Positions 49,711 through 60,065 of a stretch of DNA of 64,000 nucleotides are shown here, one piece after another. The notes beneath the pieces are model-generated. The model searched no databases, was not told the DNA's origin, and worked only from the letters and a program-made list of their open reading frames with translations. Within the stretch, counting starts at the first letter, position 1, and each line of letters begins with the position of its first letter. This DNA comes from an uncultured delta proteobacterium (GTDB lineage: Bacteria; Myxococcota_A; Polyangia; Polyangiales; Houyiibacteriaceae): positions 1-64,000 of the forward strand of contig CAVOVB010000003.1 of the NCBI GenBank assembly GCA_963699755.1. The letters run 5' to 3'. The position numbers and the translations under genes were made by a program.

Positions 49711-49873
49711 CCGGCGACCCGACGGTGCCTCGACGATGTGAAATCAAATGATACGACGTGACGCACTGTGGACATGGCGAAGGGACCAACGGCCGGGTCC
49801 TCATGGCGGTTTCGGAGTGATTTCGGCCTCCGCAACCGATGATGTGACGCACTTAGCGAAACCGCTAGGTACG
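49711..49873 (+). repeat. Degenerate last junction: arm B, core GGCCTCCGCAACC (49825-49837), tyrosine left-arm hairpin
   Basis: Homology to 22585 arm and 17953 hairpin. Confidence 0.75.
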
Positions 49874-49892
49874 TGGTAACCCTGGCGAACAA

Positions 49893-50738
49893 ATGACGCG
49901 CACCTCATCCATTCTCGTTTTGGCATTCGTTCTGTCGGCATGCTCTTCCTCCGTCGTCGAGAACGTGCCCGCTGACGTCAGTGGCTGGAAGACCGACTTT
50001 TTCGATGACTTCGACACGTTCAACACCGACAACTGGCAGGACCAGATCCTCTGGGTCAACAATGAAGATCAGTGCTACGTCCGCGACAATGAGTACGGGA
50101 CTCGAGAAGTCAGTGATGGCTCAATCAAGCTGAAAGTCGTGAACATCGGGGAGGCGATCGACTGCGACAACCTGAGCAAGTCTGGCGTGAAGCATCCGGA
50201 CACCCAGTACGTGGCGGGTCGTATCGCCTCGAAAAACCGCAAGGAGTTCGTCAAAGGGAGATGGACGGCCAGACTCAGGACATGGGGCAACGGAAGCCCC
50301 GGCATGTTTCCGGCATGGTGGTTACTCGGTTCGCGCAACAACGAACCCCCGGTGGAAGAGGAGGACGAGAATATTTGCTGGCCGCTGACTGGCTCGGGGG
50401 AAATCGACATCTTCGAACACTACGGCAGCGGTGGCGCCGACCACTACGTAGCCCGTGCGATCAAGCATCTGGGCAGTTGCGGCGATGGCGATTGGCGGAC
50501 ACACCAGATCGATCTGACTGCCGGCCTCGACGAGTACCACGAGTACTCGGTCGAGTGGGCGGGAAGCGATCTCGTGTACCGCATCGATGGTGTCGAGGCG
50601 GGCCGGAACAAGGGCCTTGGCGACCAGTACCCCGAGGCTCTGTTCGCCATCCTCAACTACGCCAAGATCAACAGCGCGCCGATGAGCGGCGAATGGATCA
50701 TCGAAATCGACTGGGTGAAGCACGAGTACTGGCAGTGA
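49893..50738 (+). CDS. GH16 lipoprotein
   Basis: PAWW, GEIDIFE. Confidence 0.92.
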   Translation: MTRTSSILVLAFVLSACSSSVVENVPADVSGWKTDFFDDFDTFNTDNWQDQILWVNNEDQCYVRDNEYGTREVSDGSIKLKVVNIGEAIDCDNLSKSGVKHPDTQYVAGRIASKNRKEFVKGRWTARLRTWGNGSPGMFPAWWLLGSRNNEPPVEEEDENICWPLTGSGEIDIFEHYGSGGADHYVARAIKHLGSCGDGDWRTHQIDLTAGLDEYHEYSVEWAGSDLVYRIDGVEAGRNKGLGDQYPEALFAILNYAKINSAPMSGEWIIEIDWVKHEYWQ

Positions 50739-51292
50739 ATCGAGAACGCCGGCCTTTTTGCCAACCGGGCCCATTCGAGGCTTAGGTCGGCTCATGCGGC
50801 CCCCCAATTGCGAATGCCAAGTGTCAACCCCATGTGCCTTTCAGAACTATTCTCCGCGCTCGACGTGGGTAGGGTTCTCAGCCCAACAGGCTTCAGGTAG
50901 AAGGCAAACAGAAGGTCTCGACCTCGGGCTCATTTTTCTGAGAACTTCGGTGTTGCTGTTTGTGGCCTCTATTCTGATTGGAAGCGGCGCTGGTCTCGCT
51001 ATCACGCCGCTGATTTCGAGACGTCGGTAGCCCCAACTAGTTGCTGATACCGGGTTTGCCGGCTTCGCGGGTTAGGAAACACCGTAGAGCTTCCTCAAGA
51101 TCGCGCTCCGGAACGAAAAGCGCTCTCGGGTGCGCCGTCCCAGGCGCGGTCTACGTTGACCTTGGCGGCCGGCACATTCTTCGAGCGTGGGAGTAGCAGA
51201 CCGTCCGCATCAAGGCCCCATCTTCCCCGCGAGCTTTACTACGCAGAAGCGGCCGAGTAGAGTCCTGCATCGGTTTTGGGGACAGAACAGCA

Positions 51293-52696
51293 ATGAACAT
51301 CCAGAAAACGCTCACTTCAGCAATCGGCTTCACGGCGCGCACTGGTGCCATCGTCATATTCGTTTCGCTTTCGGCCTGTAGCGACAGCCCGACCGGCGAG
51401 AGCCCGCCCGTCGATGTCTCGATTGGCGGCACCGTCTCGGGCCTCGATGGGACTGTCGTTCTGCTGAACAACGGCGCCGATGATCTGAGCGTGAGCGCGA
51501 ACGGCCTCTTCACTTTCGCCACGCGCATCGCCAGCGGTACAGACTACTCGGTCACCGTCGGAACACAGCCCGACGGCCAGACCTGCGAGGTCACGAACGG
51601 CAGCGGAACGGCGACCGCCGACGTCACCGACGTCACGGTGGAATGCGAGGGCTTCGTGCTGCGGCCCCTGCCGGAGATCTACACGACCGGCAAGGCGATC
51701 AACTACAGCCCGTACCGGGCGCAGGGGCCCGAGGAGCAACCGCCGGAAATGCCCAGTGACGAAGACATCCTCGAAGATCTCACGCTGATCGACAGCGCCG
51801 GCTACAACCTGCTGCGCTTGTTCGGCGCAGACCCCGTGTCCGAGAGCATTCTGCGGGTCGCAGAGGAGAATTTCCCGGAGATGGTTTTCCAGCAGGGGAT
51901 TTTCATCCAGAGGGTATCTTCCAGCAACTGCGAAAACGAAGTCAACGAGTCGCAGATCGAGACCGGAATCCGGCTGGCCAACACCTATGACAGCGTCGTG
52001 ACGGTCAGCGTGGGCAACGAGCCATCGTTTGCGGGATCGTCCGTCGCGTGCCTCGAGGGGTACATCAAGCGGACGCGCAGCGCGGTCGCGCAGCCGGTCA
52101 CGGCCGACGACGACTACACGTTCTACGCGGGCTTGAGCAACGTGGGTCCACCGGACACCGTCCTCCCGCTGCTCGACTTCGTGTCCATCCACATGTACCC
52201 CATCACCTTCTACCGAGATTGGGATTGGAAGCAGGAAGCGGTCGAGGCGGGCCCCTTGCGAGCGGAAGCGATGATGAACGCGGCGCTCGGGCGTGCAGAG
52301 GACAGCTACCAGGTCGTCTACGATTACGAGTACCTCAACAGTGCGGGCGAAACCGTCACGGTCGGGGAGTCCTTGCCGATTGTGGTCGGCGAGACCGGCT
52401 GGAAGGCAGTGCCAACCGCCGCACCCGGCCAGGAGATCGAGATCTATGCCGCAACGCCTGTGAACGCGAAGTGGTACTTCGACCTGCTTCAACCTTGGGA
52501 ACGATCCGAGGGTGGGCCTCTGACCATCTTCTATTTCCAGCCCTTCGACGAGGTCTGGAAGGGCAGAGACGACGGCTGGGGCCTCTGGGATACGGACCGA
52601 GTCCCGCGCTACGCTCTGTGTGACACACTGGCAGCAGGCTCCCCCTGCAACGACCCTGTGTATGAGGGCGCGGGCTATTACGACCCTATGCCCTGA
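51293..52696 (+). CDS. GH17-like lipoprotein with N-terminal Ig-like module
   Basis: INYSPYR, SVGNE, VVGETGW, FDE.WK. Confidence 0.85.
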   Translation: MNIQKTLTSAIGFTARTGAIVIFVSLSACSDSPTGESPPVDVSIGGTVSGLDGTVVLLNNGADDLSVSANGLFTFATRIASGTDYSVTVGTQPDGQTCEVTNGSGTATADVTDVTVECEGFVLRPLPEIYTTGKAINYSPYRAQGPEEQPPEMPSDEDILEDLTLIDSAGYNLLRLFGADPVSESILRVAEENFPEMVFQQGIFIQRVSSSNCENEVNESQIETGIRLANTYDSVVTVSVGNEPSFAGSSVACLEGYIKRTRSAVAQPVTADDDYTFYAGLSNVGPPDTVLPLLDFVSIHMYPITFYRDWDWKQEAVEAGPLRAEAMMNAALGRAEDSYQVVYDYEYLNSAGETVTVGESLPIVVGETGWKAVPTAAPGQEIEIYAATPVNAKWYFDLLQPWERSEGGPLTIFYFQPFDEVWKGRDDGWGLWDTDRVPRYALCDTLAAGSPCNDPVYEGAGYYDPMP

Positions 52697-52901
52697 ACCC
52701 ACGCTTGGGCAATCGAGAGGCGAAACAAAGGCCTTGTTGGCGAGCAACACACCGAGGTTGAGCGGTGCCGCCGACAAGCCAACAAGCCCACCGAGGTCGA
52801 GCGTTGCGGTCTGTGGATTTCAGGGCTTTTCGGTGGACATAGGTACCCCCGCGGACGTAATCTCACGCAGATAATTCAGCTACTAGGGAAGAAGAGGGAT
52901 C

Positions 52902-53849
52902 ATGGCAGCCATACGGACTTCAATTTTGCTCTGTCTCTGCGCGGCGGCGGCGGCATTCACGTTTGGATGCAGTGACAACCCCACACCTCCGGGCAGCGGC
53001 GGCATGACCGGCAGCGGCGGCATGACTGGCAGCGGCGGTATGACCGGTAGCGGCGGCATGACCGGCAGCGGCGGCATGACCGGCACTGGCGGAGCAGGAG
53101 GCGAGGGCGGCATGGCCGGCGCGGGCGGCGCAGGGGGCATGGCTGGCGCAGGCGGCGCAGGGGGTGAAGGCGGCATGGCCGGTGCGGGCGGCATGGGCGG
53201 CATGCCCGTCGTTTGCGAATACACGCAGGACTTCGAGTCGCTCACCCCAGGAGACCCGCCCCAGCCTGTGCCGAACTCGTTGTCCCTCGATGGATGGCTG
53301 GTCGGCGGCAACGTGTTCGAGTCGGATGGCACCACGCCCGCGGGGAGCTACTTCGCGTTCCCGGCTCCGAACGGCGGTCCCGCGTTCTCTGCGGTCGCTG
53401 TAGGCGAAGGTGGCGCGGCTCAAGGAGCCCAACAGATGTCGATCTACAACGACTACAACAACGTGAATCACGGCGACGGCCCTCCTGACCTCAATCGAAT
53501 CATCGAAGCCGTCGTGTTCCAGGAGCGTGACGTTGTAGCCGCCGATGTCGGCAACACGATCTCCTTCACGTTCGATGCGAAGGTGGGCAATATCGAAGGT
53601 GCCTCGACGGCGGAGGCGTTCATCCAGGTGCTGGACAAGTTGGGAAATAGTTTCGCCGTGCTTGTGGACGACGTACAGGTTACGACGGACCTTCCGGCAA
53701 CATGGGGCACCTTTACGCTCAGCGTGCCCATTGCTGGGAGCCTGGTAGGCCAGGTCCTCCAGTTTGGCGGCCGGAGCCGGGCCTCGAACTTCGAGGGTGC
53801 CGGGATCTTCTACGACAACATGAGTGTCTGCAGCGCCCCGACGCCGTAG
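52902..53849 (+). CDS. Lipoprotein with GSGGMT x5 linker (52992-53081) and CBM-like domain
   Basis: Lipobox TFGC; 18-bp tandem repeats; jelly-roll-like end FYDNM. Confidence 0.8.
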   Translation: MAAIRTSILLCLCAAAAAFTFGCSDNPTPPGSGGMTGSGGMTGSGGMTGSGGMTGSGGMTGTGGAGGEGGMAGAGGAGGMAGAGGAGGEGGMAGAGGMGGMPVVCEYTQDFESLTPGDPPQPVPNSLSLDGWLVGGNVFESDGTTPAGSYFAFPAPNGGPAFSAVAVGEGGAAQGAQQMSIYNDYNNVNHGDGPPDLNRIIEAVVFQERDVVAADVGNTISFTFDAKVGNIEGASTAEAFIQVLDKLGNSFAVLVDDVQVTTDLPATWGTFTLSVPIAGSLVGQVLQFGGRSRASNFEGAGIFYDNMSVCSAPTP

Positions 53850-53903
53850 ACAATCGACCTCGATGATCCGGCCTGGGATTCGCTTCCCTAGACCACAAGC
53901 ATC

Positions 53904-55274
53904 ATGCGCTACGCGATCAGAGTCGCGCTCACGGTCGCACTCGGCGGCTTCCTGATGGGCTTCGACGCGTCGGTGATTTCCGGTGTGGTGACCTTCATCG
54001 AACCGGAGTTTGGCCTCAGCAAGATCGAGCTGGGCTGGTCCGTCGCGTCGCTGACGCTCACTGCAACCTTCGCTATGATGGTGTCCGGCCCGCTCAGCGA
54101 TCGCCTAGGCCGACGCCCTGTCCTAAAGATCGCGGCCGTGCTCTTTGCCATTTCGGCATTGGCGTCCGCGGTCGCGCCCAATTTCATCGCCTTGGTCGCC
54201 GCGCGCATGCTCGGGGGCTTCGGGGTCGGCGCTGCACTGATCATCGCGCCGATGTACATTGCGGAAATTGCGCCGGCCTCGATGCGCGGGCGCATGGTGT
54301 CCTTCAATCAGCTCAACATCGTGGTCGGCATCTCTGCAGCCTTCTTCACGAACTACCTGATTCTTCGCTTCGGGCAGTCAGGCCTCGCCTGGGCGGAAGC
54401 ACTTCACCTCGGCGAATGGAACTGGCGCTGGATGCTCGGCGTCGAGGCGCTGCCCGCGATCTTCTATTTCATCGCCCTGTTCGCGGTGCCCGAGAGCCCT
54501 CGCTGGCTGGCGATGAAGGGCAGGGACGATGACGCGCGGCGCGTGTTCGAAAAGGTGAGTGACGGCGCGCAGGCGCAGGCGGATATCGGCGCGGTAAAGG
54601 CGTCGCTGCACGCCGAGGAGGGTACCGAAGGCGCGGCGCTCCGAGAGCTCTTTCGGCCCGCGATGAGACCGGTCCTCGTCATCGGTGTCTTGGTCGCGAT
54701 CCTGCAACAGATCACCGGAATCAACGCGGTGTTCTTCTATGCTCCCATGATCTTCGAGCAGTCCGGAATAGGCACCGACGCTTCCTTCATGCAGGCCGTG
54801 CTCGTCGGCCTCGTGAACCTGGTCTTCACGGTGCTCGCGATCCTCTTCGTCGATCGCCTCGGCCGACGTCCGCTGCTCGGCGGCGGGCTCGCGGGCATCG
54901 GAGTATGCATGCTGCTGCTCTCCTACGGTTTCGGTTCTGCCGACATGAATCCGAAGATCATCCTCGTCGGCATCCTGGGTTTCGTGGCGAGCTTTGCCAT
55001 TTCGCTGGGGCCGGTGATGTGGGTGTTGTTCTCGGAGCTCTTCCCGAATCGCATTCGCGGGCTCGCGATCTCCTTCGTCGGTCTCATCAACTCCGCGGTG
55101 AGCTTTTCGGTGCAGTTGATCTTTCCCTGGGAGCTCGAGAATTTTGGCAACAGCGTCACGTTCCTGATCTTCGGTCTGTTCGCCGTGCTCGGCCTCGTCC
55201 TCGTCATGCGCCTCTTGCCGGAGACGAAAGGCAAGAGCCTAGAACAGCTCGAAGCGGAGCTGGTGAGCCGCTGA
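53904..55274 (+). CDS. Sugar porter MFS transporter
   Basis: GGFLMGFD, DRLGRR, PESPRWL, QQITGIN, PETKGKSLE. Confidence 0.95.
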   Translation: MRYAIRVALTVALGGFLMGFDASVISGVVTFIEPEFGLSKIELGWSVASLTLTATFAMMVSGPLSDRLGRRPVLKIAAVLFAISALASAVAPNFIALVAARMLGGFGVGAALIIAPMYIAEIAPASMRGRMVSFNQLNIVVGISAAFFTNYLILRFGQSGLAWAEALHLGEWNWRWMLGVEALPAIFYFIALFAVPESPRWLAMKGRDDDARRVFEKVSDGAQAQADIGAVKASLHAEEGTEGAALRELFRPAMRPVLVIGVLVAILQQITGINAVFFYAPMIFEQSGIGTDASFMQAVLVGLVNLVFTVLAILFVDRLGRRPLLGGGLAGIGVCMLLLSYGFGSADMNPKIILVGILGFVASFAISLGPVMWVLFSELFPNRIRGLAISFVGLINSAVSFSVQLIFPWELENFGNSVTFLIFGLFAVLGLVLVMRLLPETKGKSLEQLEAELVSR

Positions 55275-55293
55275 GCAATCCGCGCCGCTGTCG

Positions 55294-57093
55294 CTACTTC
55301 CGGACGAAGCGAATGCTGTCGAGGTAAACGGTAGCGTCTGGTCGCCGCCCGCTGAGGACCACTACGAAGCCCGTCTTGATGCCCGACAGGTCGAGCTTTT
55401 TCAGCCGAATGCGATAGCGTTTCCATTCCTTGCTGAGTTGGATGTTTTCGACGGTGGTCTCGCCCGAATCGGGGTGCGCCTTGTCCTGACCGAGGAGACC
55501 CACACCGATGTTGATCTTCTCGATGCCATATTCTCCGCGGGCCCAGAGCTCTAGATACTTTGCCCCGGTGAGGTCGTAGCCGCCCTCCTGATCGCCCCAG
55601 TTGTTGGCGGGGTGCTGCCAGGCAACACCGACCCAAGTCCCCACTTCGCCGACGAATTGCATCTTGATGCAGGCTTTGCCTTCATGGGGGTTGCCGGCAT
55701 GGTCGCCGTCCACCGTCAGCGACTCGATCGCGCCCATCCGGCCCGAAGGGGCCCAGGGCATGCCCTCGAAACCGTCCTGGTAGACGTAAAACGGCAGGGG
55801 CGTGCGCACGGTGCCTTTGACCAACAGCGGCACGTTCGCCGTCGCGGCGCGGCCGGCCGCGTCATAGGCGTAGAGGAAGAGCCGATACGGGCCCGGCTCC
55901 CTCGGCATGCGCAGCCGCGCGCCCTTGGCGCTACCCTCGAGGATCGCGCCCTCGACCTCGGGCGGCATGGGCCGGAAGTCGCCACCGGTCGTGTACTCGC
56001 CGGACTCGCGGTGCAGGACCCAGCGCACGCGAATCGCAGCCCCTTCGGGATCGGCGATCACTGCGCGCACGCGGACCTCGTCACCCGGATCCACGCGGGA
56101 CTCACCCTCGACGAGCAAGGGCTCCACCGTGGGCGCAAGATTTTTCGGCGCGCGGCCGGACCAGAGCTCGGTCATCACGTCGACCGCCCCGAGCGGAGCG
56201 CCGTCCGGCAGGAACATGCCGTACCAGGTCGGCGTGGCCTCCATCTTGAAACCCCAGCTGAAGACGTAGGAACCAAGGGCGAGACCCGGAGCGCCGATCA
56301 CGCCGCTCTGATAGCTGCGTCGGTAGAACGCTGCCTTCTCGGAGCTCGTCGGCTCGCTCGGCGCACCCCAGTCGTTCTTCGGGATCTCCCACACTCCAAG
56401 CGGCCCAAACTCGGTGAGGACGTAAGGTTTGGTAGCGCCCCCGGCGAGGTAGTGCTCAGGCACCGAGGGGGCTCCGCCGTAGGAGTTGATGCCGTGAATG
56501 TCGACCGCCGGGCAGCGCTTCTGCACGCCGTCGATGCGAGCGCCGCCGAGCTCGGCGGTGACGGTCATGGTCGGGTGCAATGGGTCGAGCTTTTTCACCA
56601 TGGCGGCGATGTCGTTGACTGCCGTCCAGATGGCCGGGTCATCGCCCTGGCCGAAGCCCTCCATCTCGTTGCCGATGCCCCAGAGGAGGACCGCCGGATG
56701 ATCTTTGTAACGGAGCACGGTCTCACGCGCCCGTTCGAACTGTTCGCGCACCTGGGCCTCGTCGCTGTAGTCGAACCCGTGGCGCTCGTGGCCGAGCCAG
56801 ATGCCTACCGTGACCGACAGGCCGAGAGCGTGTGCGGCGTCGAGGCGCGCGTCGATGCCATCCGCCCCCCAGGTTCGCACCGAGTTTGCGCCCGCCGCTG
56901 CGAGCTGCTCGAGCGAGCCCTCGCCGCCGGCGCCACGGATGAAATACTGCTCACCGCCACGAAAGAGCTGCCAACCCTGCTCCGTTTGACGGAGCTCTAC
57001 CGCGATGGGCTTTGCCGCGGCGGCCGAGGGCCACAGCGCCAGGCAGGCGGATGACAAGGCGAGCGCGTGCGCGGTTGCGTTCCGTAGAGACAT
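55294..57093 (-). CDS. GH2 TIM-barrel/GH158-like glycosidase with C-terminal CBM-like domain
   Basis: GANSVRTW, WGIGNE, GINSYG, LTEFGP. Confidence 0.8.
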   Translation of the reverse strand: MSLRNATAHALALSSACLALWPSAAAAKPIAVELRQTEQGWQLFRGGEQYFIRGAGGEGSLEQLAAAGANSVRTWGADGIDARLDAAHALGLSVTVGIWLGHERHGFDYSDEAQVREQFERARETVLRYKDHPAVLLWGIGNEMEGFGQGDDPAIWTAVNDIAAMVKKLDPLHPTMTVTAELGGARIDGVQKRCPAVDIHGINSYGGAPSVPEHYLAGGATKPYVLTEFGPLGVWEIPKNDWGAPSEPTSSEKAAFYRRSYQSGVIGAPGLALGSYVFSWGFKMEATPTWYGMFLPDGAPLGAVDVMTELWSGRAPKNLAPTVEPLLVEGESRVDPGDEVRVRAVIADPEGAAIRVRWVLHRESGEYTTGGDFRPMPPEVEGAILEGSAKGARLRMPREPGPYRLFLYAYDAAGRAATANVPLLVKGTVRTPLPFYVYQDGFEGMPWAPSGRMGAIESLTVDGDHAGNPHEGKACIKMQFVGEVGTWVGVAWQHPANNWGDQEGGYDLTGAKYLELWARGEYGIEKINIGVGLLGQDKAHPDSGETTVENIQLSKEWKRYRIRLKKLDLSGIKTGFVVVLSGRRPDATVYLDSIRFVRK

Positions 57094-57097
57094 ACGC

Positions 57098-59803
57098 TCA
57101 CCCCGTGTTCTTCAACCCAGCCGCGATGCCGTTGACCGTCGCCAAGAGAGCGTCCTGAAGCTCCGCGTCGTCGGCGTTTCGCTGACGCCGGAGCAGCTCC
57201 GCCTGAATCAAGTTGATGGGGTCGAGATAGGCGCGCCGAAGCTGAAGGGAGCGCTGCAGCGTGGGATCGGTTTCGAGCAGCTCGTCTTGGTCGAGCACCT
57301 GAAGCAAGACCGACCTCATCTGCGTGAGTCGCGCGCGCAGTCCCTCCCCGATTTCAGCGAGCTCCGCGGGAGTAAGCAAGGCGTCATACCGAGCCGCGAT
57401 CCGCTCGTCGGCCTTGGCTAGCGCGAGCTCCAAGAGTGAGAGCGTCGACTGAAAGAAGGGCCAGCTCGCGGCCATCTCACGCAGCTCCGCGAGCCCCCCC
57501 TCGTCGATTGCCTCCTGCATTGCGGTCTCGATGCCGAGCCATGCGGGGAGAAGCAGCCGGGTTTGGGTCCATGCGAAGATCCAGGGGATTGCCCGCAGGC
57601 CGGACAGCCCTTCGCCCGACTTGCGCCGGGCAGGGCGCGATCCGATCTGAAGCGAGCCGAGCTCGATCCCCGGCGTTGCGACATGGAAGTAGGGAACGAA
57701 TCGACTTTCGCGTGTGACCTCGCGGTAGGCCGCCATCGCACGCACGGCGAGGGCGTCCATTCGAGTCCGAAACGCAGGGCTCGGCGCCGCAGGTGGAGTG
57801 AGCGTCGCCTCTAACGTGGCCGTCGAATAGAGCTCGAGACTGCGGACGGCGATGTCGGGCGTCCCAAACTTCCACTGAATCATCTCCCCCTGCTCGGTCA
57901 CCCGAAGTGCTCCATCGATCGATCCGGCAGGCTGCGAGTGAATGGCGATGTGCGTCGGCCCGCCTCCCCGTCCGATGCTGCCTCCGCGTCCGTGAAAAAG
58001 GGTGAGGTGGACGCCGTGCGAATGACAGAGCTCGACCAGGCGCTCTTGTGCCAGGTATAGCTCCCATGCTGCGGCGAGCCGGCCCCCATCCTTGGACGAG
58101 TCCGAGTAGCCGATCATGATCTCGAGGCTGCCGCCGATGCGAGCCCGGTACCAAGGCAAGTCGAGGAGACTGGCCATGACTTCGTGGGACGCCTGCAGGT
58201 CCGAGATCGTCTCGAAAAGGGGAACGACGCGAAGCGGTTCAGCGATTCGTGCCTCCTTCTGCAGGAGCTCGACGGCCAGCACGTCGCTGGGCTGATGAGC
58301 CATCGAAATCACGTAGGCACCGAGCGACTCGCGGGGCAGGGTCGCGAGCATGCGGAACGTGTCGAGAACCTCTTGAACCTCATGCGAGGCCGGCATGTCC
58401 TGCGGAATGAGGGGCCGCTTCGAGCCCAGCTCGGCGATGAGAAATTTCTGACGCTTCGCTTCGTCCCAGTCGCTGTACGCGCCGAGCCCGAGATATCGAG
58501 TCACCGCGTCGAGGACCTCCGTGTGCCGGGCGGACTCCTGGCGAATGTCGATCCGCACCATGTGCAGGCCGAAGCAATGAATCCGGCGAATCAGATCGAG
58601 AAGCCGGCCCTCTGCGACGACCTGCTGCCCGGTCTCGATGAGGGAGCTGCGTGTGAGCATCAGCGCGTCGAGCAGCGATTGTCCGCTTGGGGCGGATGAA
58701 TCGAACGGCGGCGGCGCGGCTCCACTCGACTGCAGGGCGTCGAGCTCGTCCTCGATCTGGCGAAGCGCTGCAGCAAGCTGAGCGCGCTCCCGCCGAAGGA
58801 GCGCGCGGTAGGGCTCCCGCTCGGCGTCCGCCCGTTCGCGGAGCGCATCGGTCGCGGTGTCCATCGACAGCTCCTGGCACAGGGCGTCGACCTCGTCGTG
58901 GAGGAGCTTCGCCGCGGTCCAACGGCAGAGAAAAACCGCCTCCCGGGTGACCTTTGCGGTGACGTTGGGGTTCCCGTCACGATCGCCACCCATCCAGGAG
59001 CCGAACCGAATGGGGCTCGTGTCGATCGGGAGGCCGCGCCCCGTCTGCGACCGGAGCGCGGCGTCGAAACGCCTAAGGAATCTAGGCACGGCATGCCAGA
59101 GCGACTGTTCCAAGACCGCGAGCCCGCCACGCACTTCGTCGGTGGGCGTAGGCCGGCTTCGATGCAGCTCGTCGGTGTGCCAGACCGTCGAGATGTCTCG
59201 TCGAAGCTGCGATCGCACGGCATCCTGCTCGTCCGGGGTCAGGTCTTTTCGATCTCCGTCGCGAAGCGAATCCGCCATGCGATTGTAGCGTTGAAGGAGC
59301 GTGCGCCGGACCACCTGAGTCGGATGCGCGGTGAGAACGAACTCGACGTGTTGCGTGCTGGCAGCCTCGTGCACACGTCCTGGGTCGATCCCCGCGGCAA
59401 TCATCTTTGCAATCGCGTCGCTACAGGAATCGAGTCGAGGTTCCACGACCTCGCCCCGAGCCGCACGCATCTGGGCGGTGCGTCGCTCGCGCACCTTGTG
59501 ACGTTGCTCCGCCGTGTTGGCAAGCGTGAGAAAGAGAGAGAAGGCCCGGACGACTTCGCCCACCTTCTCAGGCGGTAGCGCCTCGACAATCGCGTAGAGC
59601 TCCGCGAGGGCCGGGTCTCGATCGCTGGCATCGGGTTCTCGGAGCGCCTTGCCCTGCTCGCGGATGCGCTCGACCGTCGCGTACACATCCGGCGCTGCCT
59701 GCTGCCTCAGGACCTCGCCGAGGAGGTCTCCGAGAACGCGAACATCCACGCGGAGCGCCTCGTCGAGCTCAGCGGGCGGATTGGAGGAGCTGCCGGCGGC
59801 CAC
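57098..59803 (-). CDS. ppc: Phosphoenolpyruvate carboxylase
   Basis: VLTAHPT, SWMGGDRDGNP, IGYSDSSKDGG, FHGRGGSIGRGG, LRAIPW, GLKNTG. Confidence 0.98.
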   Translation of the reverse strand: MAAGSSSNPPAELDEALRVDVRVLGDLLGEVLRQQAAPDVYATVERIREQGKALREPDASDRDPALAELYAIVEALPPEKVGEVVRAFSLFLTLANTAEQRHKVRERRTAQMRAARGEVVEPRLDSCSDAIAKMIAAGIDPGRVHEAASTQHVEFVLTAHPTQVVRRTLLQRYNRMADSLRDGDRKDLTPDEQDAVRSQLRRDISTVWHTDELHRSRPTPTDEVRGGLAVLEQSLWHAVPRFLRRFDAALRSQTGRGLPIDTSPIRFGSWMGGDRDGNPNVTAKVTREAVFLCRWTAAKLLHDEVDALCQELSMDTATDALRERADAEREPYRALLRRERAQLAAALRQIEDELDALQSSGAAPPPFDSSAPSGQSLLDALMLTRSSLIETGQQVVAEGRLLDLIRRIHCFGLHMVRIDIRQESARHTEVLDAVTRYLGLGAYSDWDEAKRQKFLIAELGSKRPLIPQDMPASHEVQEVLDTFRMLATLPRESLGAYVISMAHQPSDVLAVELLQKEARIAEPLRVVPLFETISDLQASHEVMASLLDLPWYRARIGGSLEIMIGYSDSSKDGGRLAAAWELYLAQERLVELCHSHGVHLTLFHGRGGSIGRGGGPTHIAIHSQPAGSIDGALRVTEQGEMIQWKFGTPDIAVRSLELYSTATLEATLTPPAAPSPAFRTRMDALAVRAMAAYREVTRESRFVPYFHVATPGIELGSLQIGSRPARRKSGEGLSGLRAIPWIFAWTQTRLLLPAWLGIETAMQEAIDEGGLAELREMAASWPFFQSTLSLLELALAKADERIAARYDALLTPAELAEIGEGLRARLTQMRSVLLQVLDQDELLETDPTLQRSLQLRRAYLDPINLIQAELLRRQRNADDAELQDALLATVNGIAAGLKNTG

Positions 59804-60065
59804 CGGGGAATCATAGGGCCGCCATGGCGGTGCGGCTTTGGAATGGCGGGAAAGCGTGGTCGACTCTGCCCTTTTTTCAATTTGGAAACATCGCCCAATT
59901 TGCGGTGCGGTAGGATTCCCGCGCTCGCGGAGGCAGGTCGCTGCGAACTCGCAATGAACCGACCAACGCCGTCCTACGGCTGGGACTCCTTCAGCGGATC
60001 AGGTTAGGCTTCGCTCGTGTTACGCTGTCGCAGCCGCGCGCTTTTTCCGCGGAGTTGGAGAGATT

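Noticed and set aside
1..49873. Classical integron (IntI/attC)
   Set aside because: No RYYYAAC..GTTRRRY attC sites recognised; the integrase has an arm-binding-type N-terminus and an xis partner.
51116..51128. LacI-like operator GAAAAGCGCTCTC
   Set aside because: Single imperfect site and no LacI gene in the window.
52992..53200. 18-bp tandem repeats as non-coding elements
   Set aside because: In-frame Gly-rich linker; the same applies at ~2590 and ~33660.
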